A DNA stretch of 63,815 nucleotides, counting the filler. It is 6 parts of 6 records of this genome, joined end to end, with 100 filler letters (N's around TTAATTAATTAA, not from the genome) between each part and the next. Parts side by side here need not be neighbours in the genome. Positions count along the whole stretch, not along the records: positions 1 to 26,177 come from SRR20825010_1031; 5 more parts are not named here. One strand, given 5' to 3'. Positions 1 through 8,514 of the stretch are shown piece by piece. Each line of letters starts with the position of its first letter. Position 1 is the stretch's first letter. The position numbers were made by a program, and so were the translations under genes. The notes below the pieces were generated by a model that saw nothing but the letters and a program-made list of their open reading frames with translations, was not told the DNA's origin and searched no databases.

Positions 1-1
1 C

Positions 2-778
2 TACGCCAAGTGCATCGACCTGAGCCAGAAAAACGAGCCGGTGATCTGGGACGCCATCAAATTCGGCGCGGTCTTGGAAAACGTCATCATCGACGACAAC
101 CGTACCGCCGACTACGCCGATGTGTCTCTCACCCAGAACACCCGTGCCGCCTACCCGCTGGAAAACATCGACAAGAAAGTCGACGAAAACCGTGCCGGCG
201 AGCCCAAGCACATCATCTTCCTGACCTGCGACCTGACCGGCGTTCTGCCGCCCGTGTCCAAGCTGTCCAAGGAAGCGGCGGCGTACCACTTCCTGAGCGG
301 CTACACCGCCCTGGTCGGCTCCACCGAAATGGGTTCCGGCGGCGGCATCAAGAGCACCTTCTCCACCTGCTTTGGCGCTCCGTTCTTCCCCCGTCGTGCC
401 GGCGAGTACGCCGAGCTGCTGATCAAGCGCATGGAAGAGTTCGGCTCCACCGTTTACCTGGTGAATACCGGCTGGACCGGTGGCCCCTTCGGTGAAGGCG
501 AGCGTTTCAGCATTCCCACTACCCGTGGCGTGGTCAACGCGATCCTGTCCGGCGAACTGGACAATGCGGAAACCGAGCACCTGGACATCATCAACCTGGA
601 CGTGCCCAAAGCCGTTACCGGTGTGGACAGCAACCTGCTGCAGCCCAAGAAGACCTGGGCCAACCCGGAAAACTACGAAGCACGCGCCCGCGACCTGGCA
701 GAGCAGTTCCAGAAGAACTTCGCTGACAAGTACGCCGATGTGTCCGACGAGATCCGTGCAGCCGGCCCCAAGGCGTAA
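2..778 (+). CDS. pckA: Phosphoenolpyruvate carboxykinase (ATP), 5'-truncated
   Basis: Frame is open from base 2 ([19 protein letters not shown]). Motifs [35 protein letters not shown] and [10 protein letters not shown] are present. Confidence 0.97.
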   Translation, partial: YAKCIDLSQKNEPVIWDAIKFGAVLENVIIDDNRTADYADVSLTQNTRAAYPLENIDKKVDENRAGEPKHIIFLTCDLTGVLPPVSKLSKEAAAYHFLSGYTALVGSTEMGSGGGIKSTFSTCFGAPFFPRRAGEYAELLIKRMEEFGSTVYLVNTGWTGGPFGEGERFSIPTTRGVVNAILSGELDNAETEHLDIINLDVPKAVTGVDSNLLQPKKTWANPENYEARARDLAEQFQKNFADKYADVSDEIRAAGPKA

Positions 779-814
779 CGGACGCCGCAGGCTTTACGCT
801 GCAGGCAATACATG

Positions 815-845
815 GAAGGCGCCTTATAGGCGCCTTCTTTGTTTG
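815..845 (+). terminator. Rho-independent terminator after pckA
   Basis: 10-bp stem GAAGGCGCCT-tat-AGGCGCCTTC followed by TTTGTTT. Confidence 0.8.
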
Positions 846-991
846 TAAACGCGGAGATTCACCTCTCACGCAAAGGCGCCGCGGGGCAGACCGGAAGTGC
901 GACCCTGCCCCCAACAAGTCGTAATACCATGCGACAATTGGACATGACATGTCCAAAGGCTAGACTTGCCGTCTCAGATAAAGGACTTCCC

Positions 992-2284
992 ATGAGCAAA
1001 CCCAGAATTGTTGTTGTCGGCGGTGGTGCCGGTGGCCTGCCGCTAGTCACCAAACTCGGTGCCAAGCTCGGCAAATACGGCAATGCCGATATCACCCTGG
1101 TGGATTCATCCAACATCCACGTCTGGAAACCGCGCTTTCATGAAGTCGCCACCGGTGCCATTGATGCAGATCTGGATGCGGTGGATTACCGCGCCCACGC
1201 CCAGCTCAACCACTATCGATTCGAACCCGGCACCCTGACCCAGGTCGACACCACCGGGCAGACGCTGACCCTGGCCCCTCTACACGATGCCCATGGCAGC
1301 GAAGTGCTCCCGGAGCGCAAACTGGCTTACGATTATCTGGTGCTGGCCACCGGCAGCCAGAGCAACGATTTCGGTACCCCCGGCGTCCGTGACAATTGCC
1401 TGTTCATGGACAGCCGCGCCCAGGCGGAACGCTTTCGTGAGCGATTCCTCAATGCCTGCCTGCACGCCAACCATGAAAGTAAACCGGTCTCCGTGGCCAT
1501 CGTGGGCGGTGGCGCCACCGGGGTGGAGCTGGCAGCGGAGTTGCACCATGCCGTGAGCATGCTCAACTTTTATGGCCACGAGCATCTGGACCGCAAACAC
1601 CTGCAGGTGGATATCATTGAAGCGGCACCGCGTATCCTGCCGGTACTCAGCGAGCGGGTCTCCGCCACGGCCACCAAGCGTCTGGAAGGGCTGGGCGTGA
1701 AAGTGCGCACCGGCGTTATGGTGGCCGAAGCCACCCCCGAGGCACTAGTGCCCAAAGACGGCGACCCGATCAAGGCCGACCTTCTGGTCTGGGCCGCCGG
1801 GGTGAAATGCCCGGAATGGCTCAGCCAAATCAACGGCCTGACCACCAACCGCATCAACCAGGTGGAAGTGGAGCCGTCGCTTCAAGCCAAGGGTCAAAAG
1901 AACATTTTCATCATCGGAGATGCGGCCTTCCTGATCCCGGAAGGGGCAGAACGCCCCATCCCGCCACGGGCCCAGTCCGCCCAGCAGATGGCCCAGCACA
2001 CCGCCCGCAGCCTGCAACGGCTACTGATGAACCGCGATCCGAAACCCTTCGAATACAAGGACCACGGTTCACTGGTGTCGCTGTCCAACTACAGCTCGGT
2101 GGGCATGCTGATGGGTAACCTGAAAGGCGGCAACTTCTTTGTGGAAGGCTGGCTTGCCCGGATGATGTATATCAGTCTGTATCGCATGCACCAGGCCGCG
2201 CTATACGGCTGGCCGCGCACCATCATGTTGCTCATCGCCGGGCGCTTCAACAAACTGGTGCGCCCGCGGCTGAAGCTGCACTAA
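992..2284 (+). CDS. ndh: Type II NADH dehydrogenase (NAD(P)/FAD-dependent oxidoreductase)
   Basis: Two Rossmann motifs (VVVGGGAGG, AIVGGGATGVELAAE), plus WAAGV, PPRAQSAQQ and C-terminal RPRLKLH. Start moved to ATG 992, behind an AAGGA RBS. Confidence 0.9.
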   Translation: MSKPRIVVVGGGAGGLPLVTKLGAKLGKYGNADITLVDSSNIHVWKPRFHEVATGAIDADLDAVDYRAHAQLNHYRFEPGTLTQVDTTGQTLTLAPLHDAHGSEVLPERKLAYDYLVLATGSQSNDFGTPGVRDNCLFMDSRAQAERFRERFLNACLHANHESKPVSVAIVGGGATGVELAAELHHAVSMLNFYGHEHLDRKHLQVDIIEAAPRILPVLSERVSATATKRLEGLGVKVRTGVMVAEATPEALVPKDGDPIKADLLVWAAGVKCPEWLSQINGLTTNRINQVEVEPSLQAKGQKNIFIIGDAAFLIPEGAERPIPPRAQSAQQMAQHTARSLQRLLMNRDPKPFEYKDHGSLVSLSNYSSVGMLMGNLKGGNFFVEGWLARMMYISLYRMHQAALYGWPRTIMLLIAGRFNKLVRPRLKLH

Positions 2285-2316
2285 GGCGAGCAAGCCCTCA
2301 CCACATCCATCTTGCC

Positions 2317-2340
2317 CAGGGCGCCATTCGGCGCCCTGTT
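2317..2340 (+). terminator. Stem-loop after ndh
   Basis: CAGGGCGCC-attc-GGCGCCCTG followed by a weak T tract. Confidence 0.55.
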
Positions 2341-2409
2341 CGCTGTTTTGATGGTATCTTCACAACCCTCCTGCCAGTGTGATTCCGACGACACCACACA
2401 GGGGGAACC

Positions 2410-2823
2410 ATGCTCAACGCATTACCAAGCTCGCTACACCTCAGCCAATGGGCCACCACGCTGGCACTGGCAATCACACTTGCCGGCTGCTACAACACCA
2501 CCGAAGTCAGCCGTGAAGTCAGCGCCTCTGCGTACACCCTCTCCGAAGCAGAAACCAAGAAAGGCAACGTGGGCCTGGCCGCCTGGGGCGACCAGCTGGA
2601 ACCTGGCATGAAGGCCATTGCCGTATCCCGCGACCTGATCAAGGCAGGGCTCACCCACCAGACCGAAGTCCGCATTGAAGGCCTGCCCGGCACCTATCAG
2701 GTGCTCGACAAGATGAACAAACGCTGGACCGATCACATCGACATCCTGATGGAAGACCGGCAGACAGCACGGGAATGGGGCAGGCAACCAGTCACCATTC
2801 GCTGGGATGTGCCGGCGGAATAA
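2410..2823 (+). CDS. 3D-domain lipoprotein
   Basis: Lipobox LAGC. Motifs ASAYT, AIAVSRDL, VLDKM, HIDILM and AREWGRQ fit the 3D-domain pattern. Confidence 0.8.
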   Translation: MLNALPSSLHLSQWATTLALAITLAGCYNTTEVSREVSASAYTLSEAETKKGNVGLAAWGDQLEPGMKAIAVSRDLIKAGLTHQTEVRIEGLPGTYQVLDKMNKRWTDHIDILMEDRQTAREWGRQPVTIRWDVPAE

Positions 2824-2886
2824 GCCATCAGTATTCGCCACTCCCGGCGGCAGTCGCTACACTGCCAGCAGGACACTGACGCCGGG

Positions 2887-3804
2887 ATGACAATGAAAGA
2901 GATCGCGCTCTACTGGTTCGGCATTTTCAAAAACACGGTGCGCCTGTGGCTGGAAGGTAACGCCGTTAGCTATGCCGGCTCGCTGGCTTTCTTCACCCTG
3001 TTCTCTCTCGCCCCGGTGATTATTCTGGCGGTCAAAGTCATTTCCCTGGTGATGACCAGCGACGCCGCCATGGCGGAAATTCTCGGCCAGCTGGAAGCCA
3101 CCATCGGCCCGGAAGCGGCCAACGAGGTGCGCAACGCCATCGCCAATACCCAGGCACCGCGTCAGGGCCTGCTCGCCGGCATGCTCAGCCTGCTGGTCAT
3201 GATCATTGGCGCCACCACCGTATTTGCCCAGATGCAGCGCTCCATGAACGCCATCTGGGAAGTGATGCCGCGCCCCTCACGTAACACCATCGCGGCCCTG
3301 ATCAAAAGCCGGTTACTCTCGCTGACCGTGGTCATTTCGCTGGGGTTTGTGCTGCTGGTATCACTGCTACTGAACGTGGTGGTTCAGGCCGTTATCGTCT
3401 ATGCGGAAAGCTGGCTGCCCATTCACGGTGCCGTGGTGGTGGCTGTTGAGATGGGCGTCTCCCTGCTGGTGATCGGCCTGCTGTTTGGCACCATGTTCCG
3501 GGTGCTGCCTGATGTGGTGCTGAACTGGAAAGCCGTTATGCCCGCAGCACTGGTCACCGCGATCCTGTTTTCTGTCGGCCGCGCTCTGATCGGCCTGTAC
3601 CTGGCCCATACAGCCACGGCATCCACCTACGGCGCCGCCGGCTCCCTGGTGGTCTTGCTGATGTGGGTGTACTACTCGTCCATGATCCTGCTGTTCGGCG
3701 CCGCCTTTACCCGCGCTCACTGCGAAGCACGGGGCCTGAAAATTCTGGCCCGCAGCACCGCTATTCGCGTCAAGCGCCAACAGATCGATCTGCCCGCGCA
3801 GTAA
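2887..3804 (+). CDS. YihY/virulence factor BrkB family membrane protein
   Basis: AGSLAFFTLFSLAP, GATTVFAQMQRSMNAIW and YGAAGSLVVLLMWVYYSS. Confidence 0.92.
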   Translation: MTMKEIALYWFGIFKNTVRLWLEGNAVSYAGSLAFFTLFSLAPVIILAVKVISLVMTSDAAMAEILGQLEATIGPEAANEVRNAIANTQAPRQGLLAGMLSLLVMIIGATTVFAQMQRSMNAIWEVMPRPSRNTIAALIKSRLLSLTVVISLGFVLLVSLLLNVVVQAVIVYAESWLPIHGAVVVAVEMGVSLLVIGLLFGTMFRVLPDVVLNWKAVMPAALVTAILFSVGRALIGLYLAHTATASTYGAAGSLVVLLMWVYYSSMILLFGAAFTRAHCEARGLKILARSTAIRVKRQQIDLPAQ

Positions 3805-3822
3805 GCCATTCTTGGTTATCCA

Positions 3823-5184
3823 TTAGCCAATGTAGACCTCGCCTTCCGGATAACGCACCACCGGTTGGCGCGGACGGGTCAGCAGGAATGACAGCGTCAA
3901 CGGGCCGATCCGGCCCACGAACATGACCAGCATGATCACCCACTGCCCCGCTGACGACAGCTCACCGGTAATGCCCCGCGATAACCCCACGGTGCCAAAC
4001 GCGGAGACCACCTCAAAGGTGAGATCTTCAAAGCCCAACCGGGCATCGGTGACCGACAACGCCATCAGCGCCACAAACACCACCCCGCAGGCAATAAAGG
4101 TAATCGCCAGGGATTTGTACACCAGCGTTGAGGAAATCTGCCGACCAAAGATCACCGGCAACGGCCGGCCACGCAGGAAAGCGCGCGTGGCCAGCAGCAA
4201 CACCATAAAGGTGGTTACCTTGATGCCGCTACCGGTGGAATTGGTGCCCGCACCGATAAACATCAGCAGCAGATAAAACAGGCTGGTCGGCAGCGACAGA
4301 GCGCTCATGTCCACCACATTGAACCCGGCCGTACGCGGCGTCACCGCATGAAACCAGGACGCCGCCAATTTATCGCTGACGCTCATGCCACCCAGGGTGC
4401 CGGGGTTATTCCACTCCGCCAGCATGAAGAACAATAGCGTTGCCGCCAACAACACCCCGGTGCCCACCAGCATCAACTTGCTGTGCAGCGACAACCCGCG
4501 CCAGCGCCAACCTTTTTCGAAATCCGCCAGCACCGTAAAGCCCAGCCCGCCCACGATGATCATGGTGGTAATGATGAGCACAATGCCCCAGTGCCCACCC
4601 CAGCCGGACAGGCTGTCGGCACTGAGCGCAAAGCCCGCGTTATTGAATGCCGACACCGCATAGAACAGGCTGTGGAACGTGCCCTGCCCCCAACCCAGCG
4701 CGGGCACCCAGACACACATCAACAGCGCCATGCCCACCGCCTGCACCACCACAACCACTACCAGGATCCGGCGAATCAGCCAGGCGATATCACTGACCCG
4801 GCTGTAGTTCATGCAATCGCGGATCAACTGCTGCTCACCGATACCCAGCCGATGCCCAATGGCCAGCAAGGTGGCCGCCGCAAAGGTCATGATGCCAATG
4901 CCGCCGGCCTCGATCAGTAGCAGCAGCACCCACTGGCCGAACAAGGTGAACTGGCTGCCCACATCCACCACCGACAGGCCCGTCACCGTCACCGCAGAGG
5001 TCGCCGTGAACATGGCCTGTAACCAACTGATTGGCGAGTGGGTGGCGATGGGCAACTTGAGCAGCAACGCGCCCAATACGATTAAAAAGAAAAAACTGCC
5101 GGCCAGCGCCACTGGCGGAGACACCAGCGGCTTGTGGATATGGGGGCGGGGAACACCAAAACGGCGTGCGAACCAGGGCCTCAT
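3823..5184 (-). CDS. ktrB: Ktr/Trk potassium uptake membrane subunit
   Basis: FTATSAVTVTGL, SAFNNAGF, PRTAGF, STGSGIKVTT and SAFGTVGLS. Confidence 0.92.
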   Translation of the reverse strand: MRPWFARRFGVPRPHIHKPLVSPPVALAGSFFFLIVLGALLLKLPIATHSPISWLQAMFTATSAVTVTGLSVVDVGSQFTLFGQWVLLLLIEAGGIGIMTFAAATLLAIGHRLGIGEQQLIRDCMNYSRVSDIAWLIRRILVVVVVVQAVGMALLMCVWVPALGWGQGTFHSLFYAVSAFNNAGFALSADSLSGWGGHWGIVLIITTMIIVGGLGFTVLADFEKGWRWRGLSLHSKLMLVGTGVLLAATLLFFMLAEWNNPGTLGGMSVSDKLAASWFHAVTPRTAGFNVVDMSALSLPTSLFYLLLMFIGAGTNSTGSGIKVTTFMVLLLATRAFLRGRPLPVIFGRQISSTLVYKSLAITFIACGVVFVALMALSVTDARLGFEDLTFEVVSAFGTVGLSRGITGELSSAGQWVIMLVMFVGRIGPLTLSFLLTRPRQPVVRYPEGEVYIG

Positions 5185-5831
5185 TGCGCTTTGGAAAACC
5201 GCAGCAAGTCATGCAGCGTGCCCATCAGCACCAACTGGTCTTTCTCTTGCAATTCCAGCCCTTCGAACGGCGCTTGCCACACCTGGGTGCCGCGCTTGAC
5301 CAGCGCCAGGCGCAGCTCTTCATCCTTCAGCGGCAACTCGGATGCGGTCATCCCGGCAAACCGTTTGTCCACTTTCACCTCTACCACCAGCCAGTCATTG
5401 CCCAGGGAAATATAGTCGAGCATTTCCGGGTGCACGATGGTCTGGGCAACGCGGATGCCCATTTCGTGCTCCGGGTGAATAATCCGGTTGGCCCCCAATC
5501 GCGACAGAATCCGGTGATGCGGTTCACTGATCGCCTTGACCCACACCTGTTCCACCTCCGCACTTTTCAGCGCCAGGGTGGTCAGAATACTGGCTTCCAG
5601 ATTTTCACCAATGGCCACTACCACCGCATCAAAGGCAGGCAAATCCAGCTCGGCCACCACCTTGTCACTGGTGCCATCGGCAATCAGGGTTTGCGACAGT
5701 TTGTCAGCGTAATACTCCACCCGCTCACCATCGATATCCACGCCCATGACATCGTGCCCCAGGCGCGTCAATTCCTGCGCAATGGTGGAACCAAAACTGC
5801 CCAAACCGATCACAGCATACTGGTGCTTCAC
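5181..5831 (-). CDS. ktrA: Ktr/Trk potassium uptake RCK regulatory subunit
   Basis: VIGLGSFG, GANRIIHPEHEMG, and a 4-bp overlap with ktrB. Confidence 0.9.
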   Translation of the reverse strand: MKHQYAVIGLGSFGSTIAQELTRLGHDVMGVDIDGERVEYYADKLSQTLIADGTSDKVVAELDLPAFDAVVVAIGENLEASILTTLALKSAEVEQVWVKAISEPHHRILSRLGANRIIHPEHEMGIRVAQTIVHPEMLDYISLGNDWLVVEVKVDKRFAGMTASELPLKDEELRLALVKRGTQVWQAPFEGLELQEKDQLVLMGTLHDLLRFSKAQ

Positions 5832-6018
5832 AGGCCCTCCTTGCTTGAAGCAATGGCGATAGCAAAAGTCTGCGCCTTTTATTTGCCGCTGTCATCGCGG
5901 CACTCCGGGCAAACCTAAAGACAGTTTTTTTCCTGTTTTTTTGTTGTTATGTGCCGCACCCCGACAACAACAGCGTTATGCTCTGTGTCGCCTTATTCCG
6001 TTTGATGGTGGAGACCCC

Positions 6019-7224
6019 ATGCCCTCGATTCGCGCCGCCCTGTTTGCCAGTGCCACCCTGCTCGCCAGCCATGCCAGTTATGCGCTGGACAACGCAGAGT
6101 TTGAACAATGCATGGCCCAGTTACGGGCCCAGGCCGATGAGGCCGGCATCCCGGCCCAGGTGATCAGCCACAGCCTGAATACCGTCAAACTGAACGAGCG
6201 GGTGATCGAACTGGATCGCAGCCAGCCGGAATTCACCAGCAGCTTTTCTGATTACTACACCCGCCGGGTCAGCGAAACGCGCATCGAAACCGGCCGCAAA
6301 AAGTACCGCGAACAACAACCCCTGCTGCAGGCGCTCACCCGCGAATACGGCATCCCCGGCCATTACCTGGTTGCTTTCTGGGGACTGGAAACCAATTACG
6401 GCAGCTTCCTGGGCAGCATCCCGGTACTCGATGCTCTTAGCACCCTGGCGTGCGAAGGCCGTCGGGGCGATTACTTTTCCGGCGAGTTGATGAACGCTTT
6501 GCGCATCATTCAGTCCGGCGATGTGGAAGCCAGCCAGATGGAAGGTTCCTGGGCCGGCGCCATGGGCCAAACCCAATTTATGCCCGCCATCTTTCTCAAG
6601 TACGCGATCGATCACGATGGCGATGGCCGCCGCAATCTGTGGAAAAGCGAAGACGACGCTCTGGCCTCCGCGGCCAATTTCCTGCAGGGACTGGGCTGGC
6701 AGCGCGAACAGCGCTGGGGGAGGGAAGTAACGCTGCCTGACGATTTCGATTTCCAGCTAACCGGTTTCGCTCATCAGCGCAGCCTCAGCGACTGGGCCAA
6801 GCTGGGTGTGCGCATGCCCAATGGTCAGCCCCTGCCCCAGGCAGACATGGAAGCGGCACTGGTGGTCCCGTCCGGCCATAACGGCCCGGCCTTTCTCGCC
6901 TACCAGAATTTCCGCGTGATCATGGGCTGGAACCGATCCGAGTCCTACGCCATTGCGGTGGGCAGACTGGCCGACCGCATCGCCGGCGGCGGAGCGCTTC
7001 ACCAGGCACCCGTTCCTGCCCCCAGACTGAATCGCGAACAGGTCACCCGGCTTCAGCAAACGCTGAATGAACAGGGCCATGATGCGGGCGCGGAAGACGG
7101 CCTGCTCGGTCCCGGCACCCGTCAGGCCCTGGCCCGCTACCAACAGGCCAACGGCATGGTGGCGGACGGTTTCCCGGATCAGCAGGTACTAACCCGGCTT
7201 GGCGTACTCAACGAGACGGACTAA
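6019..7224 (+). CDS. Lytic murein transglycosylase (MltB/SLT_2) with C-terminal peptidoglycan-binding domain
   Basis: FWGLETNYG, GSWAGAMGQTQFMP, DHDGDGRRNLW and C-terminal DGLLGPGTRQALARYQ. Signal peptide runs from ATG 6019 (GGAG RBS). Confidence 0.93.
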   Translation: MPSIRAALFASATLLASHASYALDNAEFEQCMAQLRAQADEAGIPAQVISHSLNTVKLNERVIELDRSQPEFTSSFSDYYTRRVSETRIETGRKKYREQQPLLQALTREYGIPGHYLVAFWGLETNYGSFLGSIPVLDALSTLACEGRRGDYFSGELMNALRIIQSGDVEASQMEGSWAGAMGQTQFMPAIFLKYAIDHDGDGRRNLWKSEDDALASAANFLQGLGWQREQRWGREVTLPDDFDFQLTGFAHQRSLSDWAKLGVRMPNGQPLPQADMEAALVVPSGHNGPAFLAYQNFRVIMGWNRSESYAIAVGRLADRIAGGGALHQAPVPAPRLNREQVTRLQQTLNEQGHDAGAEDGLLGPGTRQALARYQQANGMVADGFPDQQVLTRLGVLNETD

Positions 7225-7312
7225 CGCCGACCGTTCAAGCCACGCGACTTCAGGTTTTATCTGTCACAGCCCCATGGCATGCTTTTGGACTCTATTCGAC
7301 CCGGAGCCTGCC

Positions 7313-8434
7313 ATGCGTTCTGCCATTACCGCCATTCTGTCCAGCCTTGTCCTCAGTGCCTGCGCGGACACCACCGCCACCCTGGAGCCACAAACCAACG
7401 ACAGCATCACCGCTACCGAAATCACCGATGGTCTGCATCATCCCTGGTCACTGGCGTTTGTCTCAAACAACGAATGGCTGATTACGGAGCGGCGTGGCAC
7501 CCTGCGGCGGGTTGTGGATGGTGAGCTGCAAGACGCCGCTGTGGGCGGCGTACCGGACGTCATGGCCTCTGGCCAGGGCGGCCTGTTTGATGTGCTACCC
7601 CATCCAGACTTCGCTAATAACCAGCGTTTATACCTGAGTTATGCCAAGCCTTGCAGTGACAAAGAGGCCACCACGGCTGTGGGATACGGCACCTATGAAG
7701 CCGGCACTCTGAGCAACTTCCAGACCATTTATACGGCGGAGAAATCCTGCACCAATACCGGCAAGCATTTTGGCGGCCGTATCCTGTTCGATAATGACGG
7801 CTACCTGTTTCTGACCATTGGTGACCGTGGGCAACGCGAACGCGCCCAGAATACGCAAGATCCTGCCGGCAGCGTACTGCGTCTGCACGACGATGGTCGC
7901 ATCCCGGAAGACAATCCGCTGGTGGGCCTGGCCGACCAGGCCACCGAGATCTGGAGCTGGGGCCACCGCAATCCCCAGGGCCTGGCCCTGCACCCGCAGA
8001 CCGGCAAACCCTGGTTGAACGAACACGGCCCCCGCGGGGGCGACGAGATCAATGCGGTAAAACCCGGCGTCAATTATGGCTGGCCGGTGATTACCTATGG
8101 CCGGGAGTATTACGGCCCCAGCATTGGCGACACCGAGAAAAAAGGCTATGCCCAGCCCCTGCTGCACTGGACCCCCTCCATCGCGCCCGCCGGCATGGCC
8201 TTCATTACCAGCGACCGTTACCCCGACTGGAAAGGCCGCACTGCAAACGGTGCACTCAAATTGCAGCATCTGAACATGGTGGCGTTTGACGGGCCGCAAC
8301 CCGTCAGCGAAACCCGGCTGCTGGGGAACCGCGAACAGCGCATCCGCGATGTGCGCCAGGGACCGGACGGCTATCTATACCTGCTCACCGACAGCAACAA
8401 CGGTCAGCTACTGAAGCTAAACCCGGCAAAATAA
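7313..8434 (+). CDS. PQQ-dependent sugar dehydrogenase (YliI/GSDH family) lipoprotein
   Basis: GLHHPWSLAF, GQGGLFDV, HFGGRI, GHRNPQGL, EHGPRGGDEIN and RIRDVRQGPDG. Lipobox LSAC. Confidence 0.92.
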   Translation: MRSAITAILSSLVLSACADTTATLEPQTNDSITATEITDGLHHPWSLAFVSNNEWLITERRGTLRRVVDGELQDAAVGGVPDVMASGQGGLFDVLPHPDFANNQRLYLSYAKPCSDKEATTAVGYGTYEAGTLSNFQTIYTAEKSCTNTGKHFGGRILFDNDGYLFLTIGDRGQRERAQNTQDPAGSVLRLHDDGRIPEDNPLVGLADQATEIWSWGHRNPQGLALHPQTGKPWLNEHGPRGGDEINAVKPGVNYGWPVITYGREYYGPSIGDTEKKGYAQPLLHWTPSIAPAGMAFITSDRYPDWKGRTANGALKLQHLNMVAFDGPQPVSETRLLGNREQRIRDVRQGPDGYLYLLTDSNNGQLLKLNPAK

Positions 8435-8514
8435 CGGTCCCTCGCTGGTCAGGCTACACTTTGGCTGCCCGAAGCTGGCTTGGGGCAGCCAGTGTCCGGC
8501 TGTTCTGCACCCCG

